Shown here piece after piece: positions 1 to 11,369 of a stretch of 64,000 bases of DNA (position 1 is its first letter; every line of letters starts with the position of its first letter). Below the pieces are notes generated by a model. The model made no database searches. It was not told the DNA's origin and worked only from the letters and a program-made list of their open reading frames with translations. This DNA comes from Lytechinus pictus. Lineage: Eukaryota. Made by a program: the position numbers and the translations under genes. The stretch spans positions 13,208,001-13,272,000 of the forward strand of contig NC_087250.1 of the NCBI RefSeq assembly GCF_037042905.1, in the 5' to 3' direction.

Positions 1-60
1 GGTTTTAAGCTTCAGTCACAACTCAGAGCGGCGACCGACCGATAAGTAGCCCGCTCGCGA

Positions 61-3000
61 AATTATTTTTCCCACCGCAGTTCTGGAAGCCAATATGAAT
101 ATTCATGACTTGCGTCTTCGGAATAAGAGTACGCATGCGCGGGGACTTGCAAACTTAATTGTCAAATCAGTGGGCGTCGTTAGTGTTCACGTTGCCACGA
201 ATGAACCTTCAATAGGCCTTATATTATCTTAGATATATATCTTATCAAACTGCCATTAATTACAAGAAAAATACTAGGCTAGGGCTAGCCTAGGCTAGGG
301 CTATCTTAGGCTAGCGCATTTACTTTATCTCAAATCTGGACATGCCTAATGCCTTATGCCGACTAATGCCATTGTTTACAGTTGACAGTTTCTCTATGTT
401 AGGAAGGCCAGCCAATATGTACTTCAAATGAAGCAATCAACATAGAATTCAATTACTACTATCACTCCTATCCTGTTGGAAAATATATTTCCTTATTCAT
501 TTTATAAAAGAACAAAATAAACAAGTACTTTCAAACTTGTGAGATATCATCATTATGACAAGTATAAATTCAAACTTATCTTGGCTATCAACCTTCCGAT
601 GATAAATATTTGTTCAATAAAATATGTATACTATACTAAACTAAATTAAACATATTGTCAACAATTACTACTAAGTTCTAATTCAATCACATACATATCT
701 TAATTTAGCAAAACATTAAACAATCACTCATTTACATCAAATACAATTGTCTGAAAAATCTCTGTCTGATAAGTTGGTCAGTAGGTCACAGCATACTTTA
801 GTGGTCTCGATGGGATTTAAAGGTCACAGGGCAATTCTCAGTAATGGTCATTTATGTCATTAATGTCATTTTACCTGTCACCTAGTCTGAATATTGTAAT
901 AAAACAGATGGATTGGGGTACATCTTGCCTTGTATTGAGGATTAGTTTTTATAAAGGTCTGTTCACACTTGTAAGATTTCAGACAATAGTGATGTCACCA
1001 AAGTAGTTTCTAAACACTCCACAACAATATTATATAAATCGATCAATTTGTGAGCGGTGGGCGTCCTCATCATAGTGAAATGTGCCTTTATTTTCATTTC
1101 AAATTCCGAAGTATATTTATGTCATAGGATTACGCACCAAATCTCCTATATGAGTTTCACTCCTAATTTGCTCTGATAATGTCTTAATGGTCATTTTCAA
1201 GTACATTCAAACCTGATTTGAATTCATGCTATACACAAAGCGGCGAAATACTAAAAGAAAATAATAAAAACCAAAATAAAATGGTATTTCTTGACACACA
1301 AGGCCTATGTGTAGTCCAGTATCATTCATCACTGGAAAATGCTTTGCTTTACATGTTAATGTTTACCAAGTAAACATCATCATGATTTTTGATTGAAATA
1401 TAAAACGTTCTTGCTTCATAATATCATCTACCTTGATTACATCACATCCAAATGTTGTTTGAGAAATAATGAAATATCACATGTTACGTTAACTAAGTTA
1501 ATCCTTATCTAGCTCAATATTCTTTGGAACTGTCAGTGTCAATGACTTTAGTCATAACGGTGGTTTAATTTTCATCATGGTCAATTTTAAATCATAATTA
1601 AGAATCTGGTTAGAGTCAGTGTTTGTCAAATATTTTGAATGTTGCTATTCCCAATGTATATAAAGAAAATGGTTTCACTTACCGATCAGAGATGAAGAAG
1701 ATGTCTTCAAAGAATGATTAAAATTTGGTATAATGAATAGCACAATTAAAGTAATGTCCAGTGTTATTATATATTCAGGGGAAGAGTCAAAGTAATTCAT
1801 TCTATAGTTCAGGATTTATGTTGTTGTAGTGGTGATCTGCGTCTTTGGCGATGGCGTCCGGTAATGGCGTCTTGTCATGCTTTCAGTTAATGTCATTTTC
1901 ATTGATGTCCTTGTCCCAATGTCCCTCCGTCTGTATCGTCCGTCTGTTCATCCGTCTTTGTCTTCCGTCTGTGTCTTTCTGTAGTGCGGTAATTGTAGTC
2001 ATCGATTTTTGTCATCCAATGTAGCTCAGGTTCTAACAGTGATTTGTGTCGGGTGCTAATAACTGAAATCTCAATTGTCTTTTGATTCTAATTAGAGCAA
2101 TTCTCAGCCTTTTCTCGAAGATCTCCATGATTCTAATATTTCTCAATTCTAAAGCCGGGTTCTCCACCATGTCGTGTAACAGGAAGATGAATGTAATATA
2201 ATTTAGAAGTATCAGATTGAGATTCGGAGTGAAGTTAAATTAATATTCGATGGACGTCTCTCTGGATGAGTGTTCGTCTAGTATTCTATCGTTGTATTCT
2301 ATATCTCTAATAATCATGAAGTCTTATTTATATCATTAGTTTTGGGGGTGTAACGATTTAAGGTGGGAGTGATCTAAACTTGATCTGATGGGTCTACAGG
2401 TAACTGTCTATCAAACTTTCTCTGGTATAATGGCTGTGGTGATTCTCTTTGCAAGTGGCTGGGGCTGGAAATGTGAGTCATACTTCTTAGAACTTTTGTT
2501 CCTTGAAGTTAGCTGACGTCACTGAGGGTTGGTATTTTTATAGTCAAGGTTTAGGAGTTAAATGGTATTGGGGGGTTTTGGAATTCTAAGATGACATTGG
2601 GGGAGTATGTAAACAAGTGAAGGTGAATGACTGAAAGGATAACAGGAAGTTAAACTACATACTACATAACACTAGTTCTGGATCTAAATAAATTTATCTT
2701 AGATCTAGTCTAGTCTCTAGACCTCGATATGGTCTGATCTACGCTGTATCAGCACGGAACGTATTCTAACGTCAGACACAAATAAACGTGAGCAGAACAC
2801 GCACGTAAACTGTCTATGTTTAACGCACGGCTCTGCATACTATTGCAATCGCAGAGTAAACTCTCGATCTTGATCCCCGTCTTGATCAACAAAATATAAT
2901 AGATCGATCTGCATTTTCTTTACCAATTATTAAGTTTTTAATTTTCCGTGCTCCAAATCGGCAATTGTGCACTAGATCTAGTTCTAGATACGGACTAGAC

Positions 3001-3405
3001 CTACTAAACAAAGGCGACCAAGCACATTGGTCTAACGTAAGTAAACGTAAAGTTCGGAGTTAACCAAAACTAAGTCAACCTTGGCATTGTATTCAGCCGC
3101 TGCAGGCAGTATAGACAGGTCCAGATGTAAATGTGCTAGCCTAGGCTAGCCATAGCCTAGCCTAGCATTTTTCCCCTGTCATTAATGGCAATTTCATAGG
3201 TGTTTAAGAATTGGATCGAGATATAGATCTAAGCCTAAGGCAAACATAAGGATACCGGTAATTTGAAGGTGCTGATTCATTCATGGCAATGCGAACTAAC
3301 GACTAGACAATTTTGTAAAGATCACACGCATGCTAACTATATTTCCGAAGACGCAAGTCATGAATATTCATATTGGTTTCGAGAACTGCCGTGGGAAAAT
3401 CAATT
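61..3405. repeat. Diverged ~270-bp inverted repeat pair (61-323 and 3127-3405)
   Basis: 61-123 is the reverse complement of 3343-3405 with 5 mismatches in 63 bp; similarity continues through tgccattaat and ctaggctag blocks to gcatttac/gtaaatgtgc. Confidence 0.9.
2155..2671 (-). mobile_element. LTR retrotransposon 5' LTR (2170-2671) with tRNA-Ala-like primer binding site (2155-2169)
   Basis: Minus strand reads TGTTATGTA...TACACGACA followed directly by TGGTGGAGAACCCGG; TATAAAA at 2536-2542 on minus; non-coding leader-like sequence follows; no second LTR seen. Confidence 0.7.
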
Positions 3406-3482
3406 TTGCAGCCCACTCGGGCGCCGCTGGAATTAAGGCATTGCCCAACAGTTTTCGTAGAAGTCGAGCGGGTTGTAAAAAA

Positions 3483-4904
3483 AAAGTGGAATGCCCTCTT
3501 GCGGTCTCACCTGCATCACGCGATTCAATATTGCAGCAGTGCTGACTTTGAAAACTACTATAAAATAATTATTCACAAAAAACACCATTCATATAATGAT
3601 ACAATACTACGTTCATTAGACATTTGACCTTGATCATGTGACCAAAAACTTGTCAGAGATACTTGATTACCCCTATATCCACATTTTATGCACTATATCT
3701 ATAAACTTTGAAAGTTATGACAGCAATGTAATAATTACCTCTAGAATGGCCAAGGTTCAATGACCTTAAATCTCCTTTAAGTTTGGTCATGTGACCTGAA
3801 ACTCGCATGAGATGTTCAGTGATACTTGACGACTCTAATGTCCAAGTTTTATGAACTCGACCAATATACTTACAGAGTTATGATGGTAATTCAACAAATA
3901 CCCCCAACATGGCCAATGTCCATTGACCTTTGAACTTGGTCACGTGACCTGAAACTCGCACAAGATGTTCAGTGATACTTGTACTTCTTCTTCTCTATAA
4001 GTACAGGCCACCGTCTGGCGTATTGTTGTACTGTTGTGCAGGTGCAATGTATGTACAGTGTCTCAAATGAGGGGTTTAAAATAAACTCTAAGAGTGTGCA
4101 GCTAAAAAGACATCCGTAGAAAGTTATCGGAGCTGGGTTTTCTGTACCTTCCTTTTGAAACTTGGAAGATGGTACATGAGACGGCGACATGTGGAAGAGC
4201 GTTCCATAGCCTGGTTGCGTCAGGAAAGTAGCTTTTTTGCTTTTTTTTTTGTTACTCTTATGTGCACGTTTTATGAACTAGACCAATACACTTACAGAAA
4301 TATGATGGTAATTTAACAAATACCCTCAGCATGGCCAAAGTTCATTGACCTTATATGACCTTTGACCTTGATCATGTGACCTGAAATGTGCACAGGATGT
4401 TCAGTGATACTTGATTACTCTTATGTCCAAGTTTTATGAACTAGACCAACATACTTTCAAAGTTATGATGGTAATTCAACAAATACCCTCAGCATGGCCA
4501 AAGTTCATTGACCCTAAATGACCTTTGACCTTAATCATGTGACCTGAAATTTGCACAGGATGTTCAGTGATACTTGATTACTATTATGTCCAAGTGTCAT
4601 GAATCAGATTCATAAACTTTCAAAGTTATGATGGTAATTCAACAGGTACCCCCAATTTGGCAAAAGTTCATTGACCCTAAATGACCTTTTGACCTTGATC
4701 ATGTGACGTGAAACTCATGCAAGATGTTAAGTAATACTTGATTAACTATGTGTCTAAGTTTCATGAACTAGGTCTAAATATTTTTTAAGTTATGCTGTCA
4801 TTTCAAAAACTTAACCTTCGTTTAAGATTTTGTGTTGACGCCGCCACCGCCGTCGGAAAAGCGGCGCCTATAGTCTCATTCTGCTATGCAGGTGAGACAA
4901 AAAA
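3483..4904. mobile_element. Helentron/HINE-like non-autonomous element with internal ~163-bp tandem repeat
   Basis: Subterminal inverted repeats gtctcacctgcat (3504-3516) / atgcaggtgagac (4886-4898); terminal hairpin gtctca..tgagac; A-runs on both sides; repeat unit atgacctttgacc at 4355, 4518, 4681. Confidence 0.75.
3983..4240 (-). mobile_element. 5'-truncated CR1-type LINE 3' end inserted in the Helentron-like element
   Basis: Minus translation SYFPDATRLWNALP (typical CR1/L2 ORF2 C-terminus); short (GAA)n tail near 3984-3993. Confidence 0.75.
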
Positions 4905-5009
4905 CTTATCAGGGGCCTAGCAGTGCCCTGTCGATTACCCATTACTAAAGATCAAATTTGGAAACTGTTCTGTTTGGCGTCCGAGCAGTAACCGGCTGAC
5001 GACCCATCG

Positions 5010-5421
5010 TTATGATGACATTTCAAAAACTTAACCTTAGGCTAAGATTTTGATGTTGATTCCCCCAACATGGTCTAAGTTCATGGACCGGAAATGACCT
5101 TTGACCTTGATCATGTGACATGAAACTCAGGCAGGATGTTCAGTAATACTTGATGAACTTTATGGCTTAGTTGCATGAACAAGGTCCATATACTTTTTAA
5201 GTTATGCTGTCATTTCAAAAACTTAACCTTCGGTTAACATTTTGTGTTGACGCCGCCGCCGCCGTCGGAAAAGCGGCGCCTATAGTCTCATTCTGCTATA
5301 CAGGTGAGACAAAAAACTTATCATGGGCCTAGCAGTGCCCTGTCGATTACCCATTACTAAAGACCAAATTTGGAAACTTTTCTGTTTGGCGACCGAGCAG
5401 TAACCGGCTGACGACCCATCG
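5010..5421. repeat. Second copy of the Helentron-like end plus ~105 bp of duplicated flank
   Basis: Terminal hairpin repeated at 5285-5310; 4905-5009 recurs at 5317-5421 with a few substitutions. Confidence 0.85.
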
Positions 5422-6099
5422 ATTCCCGGGTGGTCTCCCACCGGCCGCCGCGAGATCATCGACCGATCATTGAGCCGAGCCGCCGGCTACGAGCCGGTGA
5501 ACACTCTACAGCCTATGATCAAACGAATTCAATTTTTGACCTAAATCGTTCGACGTTGACCGCTTGATTATGTCGGCGCCAGGACGCCGACCACCCAGGC
5601 GCCGACCGGCGAGTAAAAAGGGAGCAGTTGCCGCAGGAATTTAAACTCTGCGCTAAATTTTGAGCGGCGCGACCGAGCGATGCCCCCAAAACCAGTGGTG
5701 CCCGGACGGTCGGCGCCTGGTGCCTGGGCGAAATTGACTAGAATTTCGCTGCACGGTCGCCGAGCAAGCTAATTTTTGGGGTTGTGACCTTAGCCTAACT
5801 CTCCGTTCGTAACTTGTCATTTGTGTCTCGGTAGATTTTGGCATTATCCTAAAATGAGAGAAAATTCGGCGCTGCTCCATGGAACTTAACGTTATGTGTT
5901 GATTTGTATGTTGCTTGTAGCACTGCACAATTGTTGGGTCACGTTACCAGATATTAGGCGATTTTTTTTATTATTATTATTTTAGCTCGACGTGACGTGA
6001 TTACGTGAGTAATCGTTGGAAGTCATGTAAAATTGAGTATATAGAAGGGGGGGTATGCTATAAGTAATACCGGTAATGATAATGGTAATGGTAATAACA

Positions 6100-6175
6100 A
6101 TGAGAATCATAATAATAATTTTAATCTATAAAGCGCATAATAGCCAGCAGACTCACCACGCGCTTTACAAAATGT
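6100..6175 (-). mobile_element. L2-type 3' tail fragment
   Basis: taaagcgc..gcgcttta stem-loop next to an (AAT)n tail. Confidence 0.45.
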
Positions 6176-7358
6176 TATTATTATCCATTAAACCCAAACA
6201 TTTAACATGAAATACGTCATACAAATAAAAGCAAATTAAATCAGTACATAAAAATTACATAATGAAAACTGATAATACTTATCAACATCATTCTATATAG
6301 AACATATAGAACGGGAATAGTGTGGGTTCCTCTTAAACATGTAAAAATAATCATAGTAAATGGTTGCATGATACTAGTATGCGTATATAATAAGAAAGAC
6401 ATATCAGGATGAATATTTTGTTAAGTAGAAATAAGACTGAGCCTTAGTCACACGGAAAAATCTTCGCAATACGTTGCGTATAAATATGAGAAAATTGCAT
6501 CTTCTTGAACATGTTGAATCAAAGCTTAAATGAAAATTGTTAAGACACATTTCGGAAGGTAACTGTACATTTTGCATTCCTTGCATGCTGACCCTTATCT
6601 TGCTACGATACAACGTCACGGGTAAAAGGCCCTTTTGTCAATTTAATCTGAAATATTTGGTTAAAAAGAAAAGAAAATCTAGAGAGCATGATTAATTTGT
6701 AATGATATATCTTTTTAGTAAAACTGCACTGTTATTTACGCAAAGAATAACCCACACTCAATGTTTTCCCCTTTAACCCTATCTAGGACGGGGTATTTTG
6801 GGAGTTCATATGGCCGGGGGGGGGGGCCTCCGGGCCCCCCTTGAGATCTTGGCCGTTGGCCGCGCGATCGCGCCGAAAATTGGCACGCAGGTTGTCTTGG
6901 ACATAATCTACAAAACTGTATAGTAGTTTATTTCATACAAATTTGTATTAAGCGATTATGTTAATTTATGCGTAATAAGTATGCAAAATATTACTTTTCC
7001 CTGTAAATCCCTAAATAAAGCTCAAATTGTTCCAATTTTTGGTATAAAAACTCTTTTTGGTGTTCCGAGCAAGTGCACATGAAAATAATTGCGATATCAG
7101 ATCAATTTCTTATGTATTCTATTGTTTTTGCAATTTCTTATGTATTTCTCTGTTTTTTTACCTTTTGTTATTCATTGTTTTTTCAATGAAATTTGTTGGG
7201 GACTCTTCTGAGATCATAAAGGGCATAAAATAAATACATTTAGACCAGCAAAACTAAAAATAATCAGACATTTATGATTTTTTGTTGAAAACAGAATTTG
7301 CATTGACTTTGTACACGAAATCACGTTTTTGAGCAATTTTTGGTCTGACACGCACTTA

Positions 7359-8005
7359 TGATGGGGTGTCCAAACTTCGCGCACTTTTCAAAAATATTTA
7401 TCAGGTTTAAATTTTTTCACAAAATATTCATAAATTATACAAAACCAATTCAAGAAATAGTTACCACATTGACGGCAAGATCGTAAACTATAAAATCATG
7501 GACGAAAATGTAAAGTAGGTCAAGGGAATTCGCCGGTATCGCGATCTCAAAATTCTATTCCGATCGGCGAATGCGCGCTGTGTTGGAAAACGTTCAGAAA
7601 AAGTGTGACCTAACTTCGCGGACCAAAGTTTTTGTGGACATTTAAACAAAAACTCAAGCTCAAAAAGTGAAATATTTATATCAGATTGATGGCAAAATGC
7701 TATAGAATTGGTTAGTACCACATTTAACCCACATTTTTGATGATTTCTGCTTGCAAAATGGTGATATCGTGATGCTTGTTGAGAATATCAGATTTCTTCA
7801 AAACGGGCGCTAACGGTGACAAATTTGCCGATCTTTTGCCAATATTTTCATGAATACTGAACTCATCCTAAAGAAACTTACACCAAAGGGTAATTTTAGG
7901 TCACTTTTCACGTTGATGATGTCAGATTTTAAGGATATTGGCTAGTTTTTTAGATAATGACCGTCCGCGAAGTATGGACACGCGCGAAGTTTGGACACAC
8001 TGCCA
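7359..8005. mobile_element. Tc1/mariner-type MITE
   Basis: TA at 7357-7358 and 8006-8007; inverted gtgtccaaacttcgcgc termini. Confidence 0.75.
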
Positions 8006-8056
8006 TACATAATGTTGCGTAATTTCGGAACCGCGTTACCGGGTGACGCAAAACTG

Positions 8057-10064
8057 GGGCGGTATTCTGAAAACGTTCTTATCTTAATTTTGTTCTTATC
8101 TACGTCACGATCTCAAATTGGTATTCTGAAAACGTTCTTATCTTTTTCTTATCTTTTGTTCTTATCTTTTTCTTATCCTGCTAAACATCCTTTGCTGAGC
8201 GCGTAAATGTATTACTCGCGCATATAATACAAAAGCGCGCTAAAAAGATAAGAACAAAATGAAGATAAGTGGTATTCTGAAAACGTTCTTATCTTTTCTC
8301 TTTCTTATCTTTCACGATATTTATGATAATATTTAAGATAGCTAGAGGGTTATCACATCTCACGATGTCCGCGTTCTTTCTTGCTTAAAATCGATGGCCA
8401 CTATTAGTAACAAGTACCCACAAGTATTCCTCCCACCCTTTCTTTCATTCACCCTTTATTTTCCCGTCTCTTTTTTCTATCCCTTTTTTCTTTCTTTCTT
8501 TCTTTATTTATTTTCTCTTTTTCTTCCTTTCTATCTGTCTGTCTTTCTTCCTTTCTATGTGTCTGTCTTTCTTTCTTTCTTTCTTTAAGTTTATCCCTCA
8601 TTTATATCTTTTGTTTTATTCTTTTGAATCTTTTAATTTCTTTACTTTTCGTTTGCTTTGTTTCATTTATTCTTCATCTTTCTTCCATTTTTATTTTCCC
8701 TTTTCATTTGATCCCTTTCTTTCTTTTCTTGAATAAGTCTTTATTTCTGCTTTTATTCTTTCCCCTTTCTCTCTTCCTTTCCTCTTCTTTTCTTTTCATT
8801 TTTCTTTCTTCCGTCACATTTTTGTAATCTTTTTATTTCTTCCTTATGTTTTTCTTTCATTCTTTCGTCTTTATATGTGCTTTTCCTTTTTTCCCCTTTT
8901 TCTTTCTTTCTTCCCTTAATATTAATTTTTTCCCCTTATTTTTTTTTTCTTTTTTTTCTTTTTATTTTTGGGTTCTTTTTTTTTTTCTTTTTTCGTTCAT
9001 TCGTTTGTTCTTTCTTTCATTTTTTTTATATTTCTGCTTCCTGACACTCTTGTGTCTTATTTACTTTATTTCTTGTGTTTTATTCTTTATTTCGCTCATT
9101 CTTTTTTCGTTCATTCTTTATTTACTCTTTCTTTACTTTCCTCTCTGTGTCTTTCTTCTATCAATTTTAAAAAACCTTTTTCTTTATTCTTTCCATTAAT
9201 GTTTTTTCGTTTTCTTTTTTTATTCATTCTTCACTTTTCCTGACTTTTTATTTTCCTTTTTCGTTCCTTTTCTTTCTTTGAATTTTCCTATCTTTCTTTT
9301 TGTCTTTCTGTAATCTTTATTTTTGCTTTAATTTTCCTTTCACTTTTTTCTCTCTCATCTTTATTTCTTTGTTTCATTTTCCTTTTCCTCTCTTTTTATT
9401 CTTTTTTATTTTGTCCTTTACTTTTTTCCTTTAAGTTTCTTTCTTTTCTTTCTTCATTTTTTCTTCCTCACTGTATCATTGATAATCGTTCTATTTTTTT
9501 TCCTCATTTTATTATTTTTTTCTTTTTTAATTTTTAAGTTCTTTTTGCTTGCTTACTTTCGTTTACTTATTATTTCTTTCATTATTTTTTGCTTTGTTCC
9601 TTTCATCTTTTTTTTTATTCCTGCTTCATTCTGACACATTTCTGTCTACTTACTTTCTTTCTTCATATTTTATTCTTTATTCGTACCTGCTTTATTTACT
9701 TTTTATCTTTACTTTCTTTCTTTCTTTATTTTGTGCACGTGTCTCGAATTAATAATCAGTCATTGCGTATAAAATTCCTATTTCGCGCAATGCGCCAGAA
9801 ACAGTGTACGCACAGCGCCCATGATATTCTCTTGACATAACGAACGCTTCTATTGGTTAAACTGCCAATATAAAGCGCATTTTGATTGGTAATATCCTAG
9901 AAATGGGCGTGTTGAAGATAAGAAGGAGGCAGTCCTTACAAAGATAAGAACGCGTTAAGAAGATTTTCAGAATACCGATTTGCAATGATTTTAGCGTCTT
10001 CTTATCTCAATGAGATAAGATAAAAGATAAGAACAAAGATAAGAACGTTTTCAGAATACCACCC
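8057..10064. mobile_element. Harbinger-like element with ~1.3-kb polypyrimidine core
   Basis: CTG TSD at 8054-8056 and 10065-10067; TIR gggcggtattctgaaaacgttcttatct / agataagaacgttttcagaataccaccc; T/C-rich tract about 8420-9735. Confidence 0.85.
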
Positions 10065-10541
10065 CTGGTCTCAAAAGTTGCGCAAGGCTTGAAAGTAAAA
10101 AGTCAGCGAGCGCGCGGTCAAAAAAAATCGCACGGCGAAAATATTGCGCGAATCCTGCCTGGATAGGGTTAAAGGTGAGATGAAACTTGTAACATACCTG
10201 TTATAAAGCCACCTGAGGTTAAATCTTGGCTGTCAGCACATACTAACTGATTATGATTATAGTAGCAGCTCAACCAGACATTCATGGTTTGGGTTTGGAG
10301 TCGGAGAAGATTATATTCTTCCTGACTGATTGTGTGGAGAAGAGAAGGTTTCACTACGTCACCATTACTGAGTGTAACCTCACCAAGACCGTAACATTTG
10401 TCACTTGCGTCATGCCAGCTAAAACCGTCCCCTGACGTTACTATCCAAAAGCACTTTGTCCCTCCATATCCCCATCCATCTGGGCAAACTTGAACATAAG
10501 GTGAGAGGAGATATAATCATTTTGGCCATCCTAACATTTAA

Positions 10542-10932
10542 AGCTAAGTGAAAGTAGTTGCAGTAAAATACTGTTTTTGTGAGAAAGTCTGTAAGACCAA
10601 CTTGACTGAAAAATATAGTATCAAACAATGCTAATTCCACATTTTCAGGGAGGAATTAATTGTTGTTTCACTTGACAATGAGGAGAAAGTTAGAATATTT
10701 CATATTTCACATAATAAAATACAAAAGAAATAGTGAGTGGATGACATCATCAGTCTCCTCATTTGCATACCGACGAGGATGTGCATATAACTGTTTTGTG
10801 AAATTAAGCGAAATTTTAAAATGTCATAACTTTCTTATTTTACATCCGATTTTGATGAAATTTTCAGTGTTATGCTTTTAGGATTTTTCTCTTTTTATTC
10901 AGATCATCTTTTTGTTGGGATGGACTTGTCCT
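10542..10932. mobile_element. Kolobok-like MITE
   Basis: TTAA on both sides, AG..CT termini; body similar to 24330-24830, 28496-29080 and 54810-56230. Confidence 0.55.
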
Positions 10933-11369
10933 TTAAAGGTAAAGAAATAGGGCCAACATTTGTTTTCCTGCAGCTTTATTCCGGAGTCGTTTAAGCTCTG
11001 ATGTACAACAGCATGGACATGATGGAAATTCAACTGAAACATTGAACCACAACTTTTCCTGCTTTAAATTGCATATTAAAATGTACAAAACAAATTATTA
11101 ATATTGGAATGGAATGGAATTAAAATAAATGAAATGAAATATATAAATATCTTACTATGTCACATATATTTTGTTACATTGCTTTAAGAGAAGTTATCTA
11201 GACAAACTATTTTCCCCCTATTTCCTTTGTTGTTTAAAATGTTAACTTATTGTATATATATGTATTTATTTTATGTGGAAGACTTTTGTAATACATGTAT
11301 ATGGTCTACATTTGTTCAGAAATGTGTTTTTTTTATGAATTATTATATTGTATTAAAATGTGAACTAGG

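Larger units (their letters stand above)
8..5795. mobile_element. PIF/Harbinger-like non-autonomous element hosting nested insertions
   Basis: Imperfect 15-bp TIRs agcttcagtcacaac (8-22) and gttgtgaccttagcc (5781-5795), 11/15 match; flanks TTA and TAA; shared subterminal cggcgaccg motif; no long ORF. Confidence 0.5.
6777..10168. mobile_element. piggyBac-like non-autonomous element with two nested insertions
   Basis: TTAA at 6773-6776 and 10169-10172; TIR ccctatctagg / cctggataggg; the same left end recurs at the end of the window. Confidence 0.85.

Noticed and set aside
8394..9840. Phe/Leu/Ser-rich ORFs resembling membrane proteins
   Set aside because: Artefact of the polypyrimidine tract; open in several frames.
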